A stretch of 64,000 nt of DNA from Eledone cirrhosa (GCA_964016885.1 OZ024740.1:102238001-102302000), one strand, 5' to 3'; shown: positions 37,024 through 51,017, counted from the stretch's first letter. A program made the numbers and translations. The notes: generated by a model from the letters alone, not told the origin.

Positions 37024-37580
37024 TCATGGTCGGGTCATTGGTGACTAAACTGGCAACCCCACCAAGGTTTCTTGGTGAGGAGGGTGACTTTGGACATCCT
37101 GCAGGACTAAAAACAAAACCTGTCAAAGGGCAAAGGAGCTCTTAAGAGTCAATGGCCATCCAAAATCACCAGGAGAGATGACCCTTAGCCTTTGTCAAGG
37201 CAGAATTCTAGGAGAAGGAAAACTCTGATATAACACCTGCAACCCTGATGGTATCCAATGATGTTGACTTGTTCTTCTTTTTGGTAAATATCATCTTAGT
37301 TAAGAGAGTGGGACTGGCTTTGTGCAGTGCCTTTGCTCACTATAAAAGCTTCACGGCACAGGCATTGCTTTATATCTGGAGATCTCTCTGCACTTGTCAT
37401 CACATGGTACCATGGGCCTGGCAGTTTGTGTCAATAATTGTCACAAGTGCAGTGTTTGTACCAGAGTTTTCAAGTCGCTGGCTAGACTAAAAAGTCACAC
37501 TCGTTCAGCGCATCGGTAGGGATTCTCCTACATGGATATAAAGTTGTGGCCGTACTCGAAAACGAGTTGGCAGCCACCAT
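37024..37580 (+). mobile_element. Probable RTE-like 5' leader fragment
   Basis: GC-richer insert between (TATG)n arrays. Contains CTAGGAGAAGGAAAACTCTGA, a motif I associate with RTE 5'UTRs. Homolog at 4712. Confidence 0.5.
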
Positions 37581-37739
37581 GTATGTATGTATGCATGTGT
37601 GTATGATTGTATCACCATTGCTTATTTCATTTTCTTTGATTTCTTCCGTGTTTCTTTTATCTCCCTAGGGAATTCGTTGACAAACTTATTTATTTTCGTT
37701 TTCTTCATTCAAATGCATTCACACTGGCTGTCTCAGAGA

Positions 37740-37888
37740 CAAATATAGCTTCTAAAAGTTACCTAAGTAAATAGCCTTCCAGTGCCCCTCTAGCGCCCCC
37801 AAAGCTTCAAACGCCCCCTAACGCGCCCCTTGCACCAAAACGTTCCCCTGGAGCTCCGAAACGCCCCCCCCCCCGTTGAGAACCTTTG
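37740..37888. mobile_element. hAT-like DNA transposon terminus
   Basis: Subterminal GCCCCC repeats followed by GTTGAGAACCTTTG (TIR-like). Confidence 0.45.
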
Positions 37889-39094
37889 ATCCAGTGTGTC
37901 CCTCCCTTTTCAAAACTCTAGGATGTCACTTGAGGGAGATTTGTCTAATATTTCTAGGAGTTTGATCAACCACATCAGATTTCTTTAATTCCATTGTGAT
38001 AATTTAATATTTAATGTTAAGCCCTAGGAACAAAATTTCTTTGATTTTTTTAGATAAGTTCTAAAGGAATGTTAGTACTTTATTAAATATTGGATCGAGG
38101 TAATTAAACACACAACCCTATCCAAAGTATATTAGCTACCACATTTTCAGTAATCCTCCATCAGTCTGTATGCATTTTTCAAAACCCTTGTCTCTCTCAA
38201 ATAATCTTAAATCTTAGAATTAACCAAATACCTAAGTTATCAGAAAGTTCATCTTATATTTAACTTCTGTGGAAAGAACTTTAGCGACTAACATTTAGTT
38301 ATTTAAGTACAGTTAGTTATTTATTTTTAAATATAATCTGTTTCTTACAGACAAGAAGAGGCTTATATGTGGTCACTTGAATTGTTAGAAATAGCACCCA
38401 AATATCCTTCAAATCACACCACTAATTGAGAAAAGTATGGAGGGCTCAGATAGTGTAGTACTAGACATATAAAAACACATGAAATATAGGATGGTCATGG
38501 CTGGAATACCTTTCATCAGATGTCTGCTCTTTCAAGGCTGACCTGTGGCTAAACAGAAAACCTTACCAGTTCTAGTCATTACCCAATATAAAATAGAGAT
38601 AATCATATAGCAAATCCACAAGTTTATATAGTTTTCAGTTTCTAGTAGTAACTATTTCACTCAAATAGCTAATGTTTGACAAATCTATAAATACCCCTAC
38701 TTCTAAATATAGACTCTGACCACTAATATTCTTTTCTTAACGATCATCAATATCCCAGACTTCATTCACTTACTGAATAGGGTAGAACTCATCAAATCAG
38801 ACCAAAGAAACAATGTTTCCATTGGTCTTTCTATTGCTGAAATCATCTACTGATTGCAGCTCTTGGCAGAAAGAGCAACATGAAATAAAGTGGCTTGCTC
38901 ATGGTTGTGAATCCAATTCTTTAACCACTAAACCATGCACTTTCACTAATACAATTAATTAATAATCATAAATACAATAATAAGCATTTTAAGGTCATTT
39001 TTTTTTCTTACTAAAGAAGGGGTTAGCTTTGTGGACCCCATAACAGACTCCATTTTCATCATTGAGGCAAAGTTTTATGGCCAGATATGTGTTG

Positions 39095-39635
39095 TAGGTT
39101 GTACATTTTGTCTATCTCTGTATGTGGTACATTTTGTCTCTGTATGTGTTACATTTTGTCTATGTATGTGGTACATTTTATCTATGTGTGTGGTACATTT
39201 TGTCTGTGTGTGTGGTACATTTTGTCTGTGTGTGTGGTACATTTTGTCTGTGTGTGGTACATTTTGTTTGTATGTGTGGTACATTTTGTCTGTGTGTGGT
39301 ACATTTTGTTTGTATGTGTGGTGCATTTTGTTTATGTGTGTGTGCATGTGCTGTGTATAGAACATTTTGTTTATGCTTATGTAGGCGTTGTGTGTAGAAC
39401 ATTGTGTCTATTTGTGTATGTGCATGGTGTGTGTTGCATGTGGTGCTTTGTTTATCTGTGTATTGCATGTGGTACGTATGTATCTATCATGTATGTGTCT
39501 ATCATTGCATGTGGTATGTATGTGTATATCATGTATGTGTCTATCTATGTGTGTGTGTGTGTTGTATGTGGTACATGTCTATGTGTGTGTGGTAGCTTTT
39601 GTCTATCAATATGTGCGTGTTGTGTGGTACACTTT
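39095..39635. repeat. Minisatellite, ~22-26-bp unit TGTGTGGTACATTTTGTC(TG)n
   Basis: More than ten tandem units decaying toward the right. Confidence 0.9.
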
Positions 39636-40024
39636 GAATTATATGTAACATACAGTGATCAGTCATTGAAGCTGACACTGAAATCTTTCATATTTTCATG
39701 TATTGATTCACTGATAAAAAACACTGTGTTAGAGTAATCCTTCTGCATGGTCCAGGGGTGAGGTAGAACTCAGTTTTATAAACAAATGAAGCATTTGTTA
39801 ACTCTTAACATCCTGTAATGATTGAACAGAGAATGTCTAAAAATGGTTTTGTTAATTCAAGATTTTATAGTATATTTATTTTGGACAGATCAGTGTTAAA
39901 ATTTGCAATATTAGACTAATGATTTTAATATTTCATGTTATGTAGTCATACTGCTATTTTGTACTTTTCAAGACTGTTTTGTTGACTCTTTAGAATTTAT
40001 GCTAGCGTGGAAGATATACGTTAA

Positions 40025-40057
<33 letters not shown>

Positions 40058-41254
40058 ACTCTATATATACTATTGTATTTTCACAGTAAAGGATTTATCT
40101 CCCATAATATCGAATTTATGAGATTTTGATGTTATTTATTTTGAGAACAATACCGTAACATCAGTATGAGTGGCTAGTTACAGCCAGTTTGAACAGAAAG
40201 AGGTGAGATAATTCTGGCTGGATACAGCTGGTTTAAATGCTAAAGGGTTAATGTGGTTTTGTGTGGATTATGAACCAAAGCTGGAGGACTCTACTTGGTT
40301 GCTTGAATTGCATTCTTGTGATGGGTGACAGGTGCTTGCTTGCTTCGTATTGTTTTGTCATCCAGTCTTACTATATATGATTGTTAATTGCCCTAACATA
40401 AACACAAACAAATCTGCAAGAAGCCCACATTAGCCACAAACTCAAGCAAACATAATCCATAAACCTTTACTCAACTTTACCCACTAGATATATACATTGA
40501 CATAAAGTAAAACCAGTCATGCCCTTCAGAACTGTGCCAAAAACACTCTTACGGTACCCCCACAAAACATTCTGGCAAATAAAACCTATACCCATCAAAT
40601 ATAGCAACCAGTATTTAACATATTACTATCTATTCAGACTCCTGCTTCGAAATTGTACCAAAGATTTCAATTGCAATAACAGCTGAATCTTCCAAGGAAC
40701 CTTTCACATACATTCACACACACACCACCATCATACTTTTACATCGATTTTTTCATGTTAGCATGGGTTGGATATAATGTTTTTGAGGCAGCTGGATGCT
40801 CTTCCTGACACTAATCCTTTTAATTGCTTCTTATGACAGAGATATAGTACATCTATTCTAAATCAGATACACACAGTTTTGTCTGTTTTTCCATATTAGC
40901 ATGTGTTGGATGGGACTCTTTGAGGTAGTGTTTTATGGCTGGATGTTCTTCCTGATGCTGACCCATTTAGTTGCCTCTTACAACACTTCATTTCACGTTG
41001 CTCCAGTATACTCAGCTGAAAATGAGTACCAGCAATAGCTGGGGGTTTAACCCTGTAATGGACTGGCATCTTGTCCAGGGGGAAGTCTTGTACTTTCAGT
41101 CACTTCACGCCACAAAACCAAGATAAGCACTGGCTTAACAAGCCTTCTGGCTTAAAACAGACTTTAGACTTAGACTTACAATACTCAGATTTTAATCATC
41201 AAATAAGTTATCGACCCCATGGAGGATATCTTACTTAACTACTAGAGACATCAT

Positions 41255-41415
41255 AATTGTTTCTACTTTTGGTACAAGGCCAGTGTATTACTGGTACTTA
41301 ATTTTATCGACCCCGTAAGGATGAAAGGCAAAGTTAACCTTGGCAGGATTTGAACTCAGAATGGCAAGGGCCGTAACTCTATGCGTCAAAGCATGGCATC
41401 CGACCCTCTACCGAT
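41255..41415 (-). mobile_element. SINE family A
   Basis: Homology to 6281-6465. Confidence 0.85.
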
Positions 41416-43044
41416 CATAATGAATGGTAGCTATCTCAGTGACCATTATTCGATAGTTGATGTGGAAAAGCAGACATTAAATGATGATAGTATTGATGAT
41501 AACGCTAACAATGATGATGCTGGTTGTATTGTGATGGTGGTGATGATGGTGCTGAACATTGCAAAACCCCTATGAAGAGATTTGGCTGAATATAGTTTCA
41601 GACTGAACAGCTTTATATATAATATATTTCAAATATATATTGTCACATTTATTGGAAACTGATTCTAGATGTAGAATGGAATATGTTCTTCAGTTACCTG
41701 TTACTTTTTACTGGATTTTCTTTTTCTTTTCTTTCTTTTTTCACTATATCATTGAAAGTACTGAAGACTTATTATTAAAGTATTTTTCAACCAGGAATCT
41801 ATTTTATTGCATTTCTCTTTCATAACTCTACAAAACAGCATGACTAAACCTTAACCTAAACCTTAGCAGTATTGACACATTTGCTAATTTCCTATTTCCA
41901 CATCTTAGCAATAGAAGAAATGAGTCAGTTAGGCTACATACATAACTATACATTATTTGCATTATTTGACACTTAAGAAGCCTATATTGGCTTTCAGCTA
42001 TAAAGCCTTAAATTCTCTCATAGCTTTTACACAACCATTACATTGCTTCCAAGATTTTTTTTTTTGTGTTTTTTTTCACTTGTACATTATGTTGTTATTG
42101 TTTAGCCTCAGATCAAGTTTGATCAAGTAGACACTATGATCAAAGACATTCAATCTTTCTTTTTTTTCTTCTGACAGTCTATTCTAGGAGATTAGCCAAT
42201 ATGTCCCTTTCTTCCTGCAAAGTGACTGTGTGTGATTTGAAGGAGATTTAGTTGCTATTTCGTGCAGTTCAAATGACCATATATTTTTTGCATTGTTGTT
42301 TAACTCTAGATCAGTCATGATTGAGTAGGCCTTATTATTAAGTATATTACCACTTCATGTTATTTGTATATCTATGACTACACTGTCCAGTGTCACCTTT
42401 CTTTTATAAAATGATAAGGTGGTATTTGAGGGAATGCGGTTGCTTCTTCAAGCAGTTTTCAAGCAACTGCATAGATGTTACACCACTTTTCCCCTTCACT
42501 TCAAAATATTCAAAGCTGGCCTTCTGCTACTCTTTGTGTCTTCTGCCATAGCAATGAAAAGGGGAAGCCCTATTTAATGGGACCTCAGCTACTAGTTTCC
42601 TCGTCTGCCATAACAAATAAGAGGGGAGGGAAAATTCCTGTTTAGTGGTGACCTCTTCTACTGGTTGTGCCTCTTGCTATAGAAATGCAAGAGTGTGGAG
42701 GATAAATAATGCCTGCCTCAGGCAAGCCATGAGGGGGAAATACTGCTTCATGGTATTTATACTTATATTCTAAATCTTCCTTTTCCTGTGATCTAATTTT
42801 GTTGTGTTTTCTTGATCATTTTCACTCCATAAGGATATATTCCTACCCATTTCACATAGCCCATTACAACAGCTTCACTAAGGGCATAAGCATATTCAAT
42901 GATTTTTTTACCCTTTTTATAACCTGCCTCTGATTCTTTAATACAAAATCTCTTATTACCAAGTATGCATATCAAATTTAAACCTCTCCCATATAATATT
43001 GTGCAAGTATTATTTGTTAAGTTACACTACAAATACTATCTTAA

Positions 43045-43258
43045 TATTTCTGATTTAGGCACAAGGCCAACAATTTTGAGGGAAGGGGAAAGTTGATTAA
43101 ATCGACCCCAGTGTATTACTTATATTTATTTTATTGATCCCATAAGGATGAAAGACAAAGTTAACCCAGGCAGGATTTGAACTCAGAATGTAAAGGGATA
43201 TAACACTATGATACAAAGCATGATATCCAACACTCTACCATTACTGCCAATCCACCGT
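43045..43258 (-). mobile_element. SINE family A variant
   Basis: A/B boxes and central block present. Confidence 0.8.
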
Positions 43259-43854
43259 CACGTGAAAAGAATATCTTAATAATGACAAATGAAGCTGTTT
43301 TTCTAAATTCCTCAAAATTATTGATTATTATCAAAGTTAATTGAAACTTAAAAGACAATGAAATTAGAAATATAGTTATGAAAGGGTTAATGGGACTTCC
43401 TAGATAATCATTAATTCTATATACTGATGATGAGACCACCAAAGATGATAAATAATAGTCTTTGCAGTGATTTTGCAGCTGGTTCGCTGCAATACATGTT
43501 TGGCAGTGAATCAGCTGAATAGTTAGAGCATTTATTCTGACTTCTTGCATTCCCACTAAGGTAAGCTTTACTTCTTATCCTTTTGGGGTCATTAAAATAA
43601 AGTATCAGTCCAGGGCAGTAGATTAGCAGAATTGTTAATGTCAGACATGATGCCTTGTGGTGCCCATTTTAACATCACCACCTGGTTCTGGAGTACTTTG
43701 AGTAGAGTCTACTCTGTTGCAAGTAAACGGACTAAGTCTCTGGTTTTAGGATGCATTCCTCCCTCTCATTCACCAGTCCTGGAGCCCTTGAAAAGGGATA
43801 TGATCATTGCCTTTCCCTCTCTGACTAGACAGTAAAAATGAGAATTAAGAAAAA

Positions 43855-44163
43855 TGCAAGTGCCCAGTCTACACTCTAAAGTGGTCGTGTTTGTTGTCAT
43901 GGCAAAAAGCGCCCAGCCCACACAGTAAAATGGTCATGTAGGTGTCACAATAAAAAGCACCCAGTACACACTGTAAATGTTTTTGGCATTAGGAAGGGCA
44001 TTCAGCCATAGAAACCAACTCAAAATCCGTTCTGTATGAGCAAGACATGTTCATCTGACCTGGCTTGTCTCACAATGGGACAACTCGTCTAACCCATGCT
44101 AGTGTGGCAAAATGGGCATTAAACGGTGATGAAAATGATGATGATGATGAGGATGATGATGAT
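43855..44163 (+). mobile_element. RTE 3'UTR remnant
   Basis: Three AAAAGCACCCAG..CACACTGTAAA repeats, AGGAAGGGCATTCAGC, (GAT)n tail. Confidence 0.85.
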
Positions 44164-44941
44164 TTTTAACATAAACATATCAGTCTACATATCTATCAAA
44201 GATTCTTTTTCAGCTTTTACCTAACTCTCATCTAGCCTGTAAGTTAACTCATCTAGCCTGCTTCTAACCTTAGTTTTAGATTTTATCAGAGCTTCAAACT
44301 AAGGAAAACAGATTTACACAGTTGATTTTATTTGACAAGATTTGATCTTTTTACAATACTTTAGCAAGCTTCTAGCAAGTTTACCTCAATCATGTTTTTT
44401 CCCCTCCTTACTTCATCTGTTCAGCTGACATTTAAAATAAACAGTGCATTTTAATGCTTTATCCAGAATACAGCACAAATTCGATTGGTCTTACATGACA
44501 AAATTTGATTGATGTCTTTACAATAATCTACCAAACTTCTAACATATCATATCATATTCTTTTTTTTTCCTCATCTGTACTGCTGACATTTAACCCTTTT
44601 GATAACCAACCCAACCAAAACTACCTCTGTCTAGGAAACGTATCACCCATTTGAAGGTTCATACTTAAATTAAAATCTTCCAGCATAATTTTATATAAGA
44701 ACATCTTGTTATGCTACAAATTAAATTAAAATTTTAGCAAATCCTTCCCAAACACTTCATTAATTAATTGAAATATAAAGTAAAGTATATAATTAGAAAT
44801 AGAATGGATTTTACAGACTAATCAACACAAATTCAAACCCACAACTGTTCATCTAATACAGAGACACCACATGTACACAACATTCTTGGACCTCCCATAA
44901 AAATCCAGTTTGCTTCTAATGTATTTATTATTTATCTTATG

Positions 44942-45043
44942 CCGCGGTTAACTTTGCCTTTCATCCTTACGGGGTCGATAAAATAAAGTACCAGTAATTC
45001 ACTGGGTATTTGCTGGCCTTGTGCCAAAAGTAGAAACAATTAT
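44942..45043 (+). mobile_element. SINE family A 3' half
   Basis: Homology to 57680-57785. Confidence 0.85.
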
Positions 45044-45346
45044 TTATCTTATACCACAATTCATGAGCATTGTTGGTTACAGGTTTCTAATGAGTTAATC
45101 CCTGGTTCACTGTTTTTCTGATGACAAAAAATGACATGGGGTAGTTTATAACTTGATTCAGAACAAATATAGCAAGTGACTTTATTTGTAAAGCGCCATT
45201 TAAAATATTTTTGTCAGCAATGCTATTTCTTGCACAGATGTTTATTTCCTTTGTCAATACACATAAGTGAAAAATACACCACTCATTGACACACACACAC
45301 ATGTAAACATACATATATATGTATTATGTAAAATGGATATATAAAT

Positions 45347-45510
45347 AATTGTTTCTACTTTTTGCACAAGGCCAGCAATTACCCCAGTGCATTACTGGCA
45401 CTTTATTTTATCAACCCCGTAAGGATGAAAGGCAAAGTTAACCTCGGCGGGATTTGAACTCAGATCATAAAGGGCCATAACTCTATGCGTCCAACCCTCT
45501 ACCGATACTA
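45347..45510 (-). mobile_element. SINE family A
   Basis: Homology to 6281-6465. Confidence 0.85.
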
Positions 45511-45815
45511 CCATATATATATATATATATATATATGTATACGTACATACATATATGTATACAGACATAGTATGTATATATATGCACACATATATATATG
45601 TACGTATGGATTCAGCGAACATTTATTATAATGCTCTGTGTGTTTGTAAACAAACAAAAAGCCCGAATTAAGCCGTACAGTGTTTAGCAACCATCGTTGC
45701 CCTTTTGTTCAACACAGACAAAGGAACGATGTACTAGTTTCAAGCTTATTAGCTATCGTCAGCATCGTATACTTTCCTGCCAGATGATTGAACGTCTAAA
45801 AGTATATACTTTCCT

Positions 45816-46091
45816 TATGCATATTAACGGCTGAGCAGCCTAATTTGCATATCGAGTGAGTTCCATACATACATATATATATGTGTGCATGTATGTATAT
45901 ATATATATACATACTACTGTACATCTGTATACATATATGTATATACGTATACATACTTATATTTAAGTAACAGCCGTACTAAGAGTGAGAAATGAAATTT
46001 CATTTCATTTTTCCCATTTATCTTTTTGGTGCTCCCGGCCGACTAACTCACTCGATATGCAAATTAGGCTGCTCAGCCGTTAATATGCATA
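45816..46091. repeat. Perfect 47-bp inverted repeat around an AT-rich microsatellite
   Basis: 45816-45862 is reverse-complementary to 46045-46091. Confidence 0.9.
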
Positions 46092-46092
46092 G

Positions 46093-46155
46093 TTATCTGA
46101 TGAGAACGCAAATATCATCCCATGATGATATTTGTTTTTGAAATGCGCATAATAA
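46093..46155 (+). ncRNA. Minimal type I hammerhead ribozyme (PLE-type)
   Basis: UUAU-CUGAUGA(46097-46103)-stem II GCAAAUAUCAUC/GAUGAUAUUUGU-GAA-AUGCGCAU (palindromic stem III)-A-AUAA; overlaps AATAAA. Confidence 0.75.
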
Positions 46156-46354
46156 AATACATGGAACTCTTTTAACCATCTTTTGATTTTATATTATATA
46201 TATATATATATATATAATTATGTAATAAACAACATAAGACAATTATTCCATTTACCAAAGGTTTCACGAAGACATAATTAAATAGCTCTGAAGCATACAT
46301 AGAGCACTGTCCTTTCCTTTACCCTTCCTCTGGAAATATTTCATATATATAGTT

Positions 46355-46468
46355 GCGTGGCTAATTGGTTAGTGAACTGGATATACAATCGTGAGGTTGT
46401 CAGTTCGATTCCTGGACCAGGCGACAGGTTATGTCCTTGAGCAAGACACTTTATTTCACATTGCTCTT
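46355..46468 (+). mobile_element. tRNA-derived SINE (family B)
   Basis: A box TGGCTAATTGG, B box GTTCGATTCC, then GTCCTTGAGCAAGACACTT; degraded relative at 56385-56550. Confidence 0.75.
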
Positions 46469-46563
46469 ACCTGGAGTTGCGACCGATAGATAGTATTAGC
46501 AATTGGAAAGACCAACGGAAACATTGTTTCCTCAGTCCAATTTGACAAAAATCAATCTAAAAG

Positions 46564-46598
<35 letters not shown>

Positions 46599-48389
46599 TA
46601 TACAATGGACTTCTGCACAGTTTTGCCTACAAAATTCCTCTCAAAAGGTATTAGTCAAGCCATGCCTACGGTAGAAGACACTTACTTTTCCAAGATTCTA
46701 CCCAGCCATTAAATCTGGCATCATGGTATGATGTAACTTTAATACTTACAGTTCTATATTATTACATTAATAACTCAAGTGGGGAGTAGCACTATATCTG
46801 CTAAAAATATTTCTGCATTTTACTGTGCATACAATCTGCAATCTTCATTTTATATGATGCTCAGTTGCTATAGGTTAATGACTCTCTTTAGAACTGATAT
46901 ACGTTACCAAAGATCTTAATATTTCTTTTATTTTAATCTCAGCCATTTAGATTCTAAATTCTGCCGTTTTATTTCTATCTACCTTATGTTTTGCATTTTG
47001 TGAACAGTAGCATTGTCATTGGATATAGATTTCTCACAGGTCAATCACTTGTTGGTTTGCTGCATTTACAATGGTGAGAGTAACATGGGAATATCTGTGC
47101 CACTTGAGCTGAACAAATATCACACATGTATTTAATGAAACACACATATGCAAACATATATTATGGGTTTCCACAGTTTCTGTCTAACAATTTTCATTTG
47201 CAATCCAAAGCTATGATAGAAGATTCTTGTCCAAAATGCTGCAAAGTAGGATTTAACTCAGAATGATATGATTGCTAGCTAAGTGACCCATCATCATAAT
47301 CACTATCATCATCTTCATCATTACCATTTAACATCAATTTCCCTGATAGCAAGTATTGGATTAGATATATTTTATTTTAATTCATCTGCAAGACTTAGCT
47401 ACAACTCAACCAATGTATTGTTTAGCTACAATTCAACCGATTTATTGGTTGACTTTATCAATATTTCTAATTGAATCTCATAGGATGTGTAATATTTCTA
47501 ATAAACTATCCTAAATATTTTATCATTCTAATTATTTAATCTATTGATGTTTTCCTTACTTTTATATTACTTTATAAAATAATTTAAACAAACAGATATT
47601 ATTGACTATAATAATATCCATTTAAAGAGTATTTGTGGTGTGTGAATTGGCAGTCATTAGCACATTGGTTTAAATACCTCATGAGTTCAAATTCCACCAA
47701 GGATATCTTTGCCTTTCTTCCTTTTAGAGTTGATAAATAAAGTAGTAGTTCAAGAAAAGTGGTTTGGCAGAATTGTTTGGGTGTCAGACAAAAAGCCTTG
47801 CAGTATCTGTCTGGCTCTGTCCATTCTGAGTTGAACTCTTCCCGCCTATCACTGAAAAAGTGATGGCATTTCTGCCAGGAGTTGTGACCAACAGATAGTA
47901 TCAACAAAAGAAAGATCAATGGATTTCCTTACAGTTTCTGCCTCCCAAATCAACCCAAAAGATATCCATCTGAAACTAAAGAAGATAGATAGTCAAGGTA
48001 CCACGTAGAGGAATGGAACTTAAAACCATGTGGTTGTGAAGCAAACATTTTAACTTCACATCCTTGTCTGTGTCTAACAGTAGTTATTAGAATGTAAACA
48101 ACTGTGTGTCAAGTCACAAACGTATTTATGTAGTAGTACAAGACTGATGGTCAGACAATAATTACTGTAGCACTAATATATATACAGTATAGACCTGTTT
48201 TCATATATATTTAGTCTCACTGAAATTAGGCCCATGAAAACCTTATCAGCAGCTTGGAAGTTCTTACAATTTGTTTATTCATAACCCACACATCATTCTA
48301 GGAATTATATTTCATATAAGTTGCTTGCTTGCATTTTCCAGGTAGAAAATGTTATACTATTTAGACATGTAATTCAATTTTACAGAGAA

Positions 48390-48690
48390 ATGATGTTGAA
48401 AGATAGAATCAGGTGTGAAGAGGTAACAGGTGTTAGAGATACACTTCAAGATACAGCAAAAACGAAGTGGAGGAGAATAGAGGACAATAGATGGACAAAG
48501 AGACCCACAGAGCAGATTCCACGAGAGGGATGGAAGAGGGACAGACAGAAGAGGGGATAAAGGGACGATATTGAAGTATTTATGAAGGTACATTATAAAT
48601 TTGGATATACATGAAGGTACAAGACAAGTTTGGACAAAAACAGCTAGACTAGAAGGTGCTTAAGAGATATATTCAGCAGTAGACCATTGT
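48390..48690 (+). mobile_element. Degraded 3' fragment of a different RTE family
   Basis: LKDRIR..TGVRD..KW..DNRWTKRPTE.IPR..RQKR, typical RTE C-terminus. Confidence 0.7.
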
Positions 48691-49029
48691 TTGATCAACA
48701 GGACAGCCATTCACCTAATATCATCATCATAACAATGATATGGGATGGATAGGTCTGCAGTAGCACATCCCTCCAAGTTTCTCAGTCCTCAACCCTTTAG
48801 CATTTACATTACTCTATATATACTTTTGAAGGAAAACAGGAAGACGATACTTTGGTTCGTGAAGACGTTCCTTGGCAATGAACGGAAAAAAACAAAGATA
48901 ATACGTTGTTATTTGGAGCGATGAGAACAATTACACGCAAAGACAAAACCACGTTTATGGTATAAATGAAGTCGTAGACTAATATTCTATTTAGGAAACC
49001 GAATGATACTCGGCTTCGGAGTTAAGAAT

Positions 49030-49110
49030 AATTGTTTCTACGTTAGGCACAAGGCCACCAATTACCCAGTGTATTACTGGTACTTTATTTTATCGACCCT
49101 GTAAGGATGA
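49030..49110 (-). mobile_element. SINE family A 3' fragment
   Basis: Homology to 6281-6360. Confidence 0.8.
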
Positions 49111-49654
49111 GTAAATAAATTAGTAGAACGAAAATGACAGAGGTTATTAAAAACAATAATACTTGAATATATACATACACGCATCCATATACGTACATAC
49201 ACGTGTAAACGCGAAAACACACGCCATGCATGCATAAACACGCGCACACATACATAAACCCGCACAACACATGTTCCCGCACACATACAAATGTATACAC
49301 CAAGTACACATAAAAAAATATATATGTGTGTATACGTATAATTATATAAACGTACATAAATATACACACATACATATATAGTGCACACACACACATATGT
49401 TCGCCAAATGTCCGTCAACCAAAAGTCAATGTATGCATATACACAAAATACACATATACACATAACCATATATATACCAGTATATATAATATAATATATA
49501 CACCTATAACAAATACAAGCATATATACGTACGAGAAAGTATACGTACCTTCACAAAACATATGGGTAAGATATACTTACGTATACAAATAAGTAATGGT
49601 ATAATCATGAAATATACTTAGCTACCACACCAAGACGTAAATTATACGCGTATT

Positions 49655-50980
49655 GTACTATCCGTTAGGGTATAATGTGGGGCTGTAATACAGGAAAGTT
49701 TTATGCAATTTGTGTTTACAAGCCGAAATTGCCTCAGATTTTTTGTTTAAGATGTGGTCATTGGCGTAGAGTATTTCCAGGGCTTCAGCAGCGCAAAGAT
49801 CATATGGTCTTTTATTTCCGTTATACGATCTAGCCTTAGCTAGGATCTCCCAGTGTAACTTATAATGGGTGTGGTTGTCTTTTAGACTCCAGATATAAGC
49901 TGAAAGTGACGTCATATTCCTTTTTAAAGGGTTAAGAAAAGAATGGGTGTGCATGTAAAGACGCTGCTTGAATCTATTGGTGGTTAACCCTATATAGGCC
50001 TTACTGGACGTGGGTGTTTTGACCTTACATTTGTAGACAATGTTACTGGAGAGGCATTTCCCGGATAGTGGGCAGTCAACCCGATTCCTACAATTACAGT
50101 ACTAGCTACAGGGTTGCACGTGTTACTACGGCTAGGTAATTTAGCTAAATTTGAAGCAGTGATGTTATGTGCAAGATTAAGAGTCGTAGAGTAGGATATT
50201 TTAATGGTATTTCTATTAAAAATTTAATTATATTTATGTGCTGAGGGGAAATGCTTCTTAATAAGGGAGAGAAAGATCTTAGCTAATGGTGTGGCCACCT
50301 CCATATTATATGGTGGGTTATACCATATAATTCATCGGGATCTATTTTTCATTGGCATATGCTCATACTTAGTATATGCTACCTTATCGACAAATCCACT
50401 CCGAGCAAGAGCTTCATTGTAATATGTGGAATGGTCGGTGAAAATATGCTTGTTAGTAGATAGACAGGAAAGCCTCAAAGAAATGTTTTTTACCAGGTTC
50501 TTGGTTATGCTGGCAGGTTGGTTAGAATGCTTACTTATGTAATTAAGCGTATCATTCAGCTTACTATATGGGTGGTGCAAGCCATTCGACAAATTGAGGG
50601 AATCGTTGAGGTAATTAACGACCGAGAGGTTAGCCTCAACCTGTATGGAGAAGTTGAAGCCTTTAAAGATGGCTGTGAGTTCTTTTCTGAACCTGTCTCA
50701 AGCGCTACATATTAAAATGAGAAAACTCATTGCTAGAACAGCCGTTAAAATAGCTAAATGCTGTCAAAGACAGCGATGGGCAAAAATGCCTCAGTGAACA
50801 GAGACCAGCGACCAGTGGTCAACAGAGAGACAATCCACAAGGTGGGAGATAAGCAGAGGAAATATAGAAAAAATTGAAAGAAGAGGATGACAAGGAGAAG
50901 TGTGCTGACACACAGAAGTGACTGGAAGAAATAAATAAAGGTGATGTACAAGTTTACATACACACATCTTCACCCTTATC
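49655..50980 (-). mobile_element. Second Penelope-like element (RT thumb + GIY-YIG pseudogene, with UTR-like piece upstream)
   Basis: ORFs 50332-50592 (HHPYSK..YISKHSN..YYNEALARSGF) and 49658-49954 (TSLSAYIWSLK..LC..E..ILNKKSE..CKH); NIVYKC/YIGLT readable at 49980-50045. Confidence 0.88.
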
Positions 50981-51017
50981 AGCTCTCAAACCAGCTAAAT
51001 GGCTTTGCACGATTTGA

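Noticed and set aside
39095-39635. CRISPR-like periodicity
   Set aside because: No unique spacers, eukaryotic context, no cas genes; it is a minisatellite.
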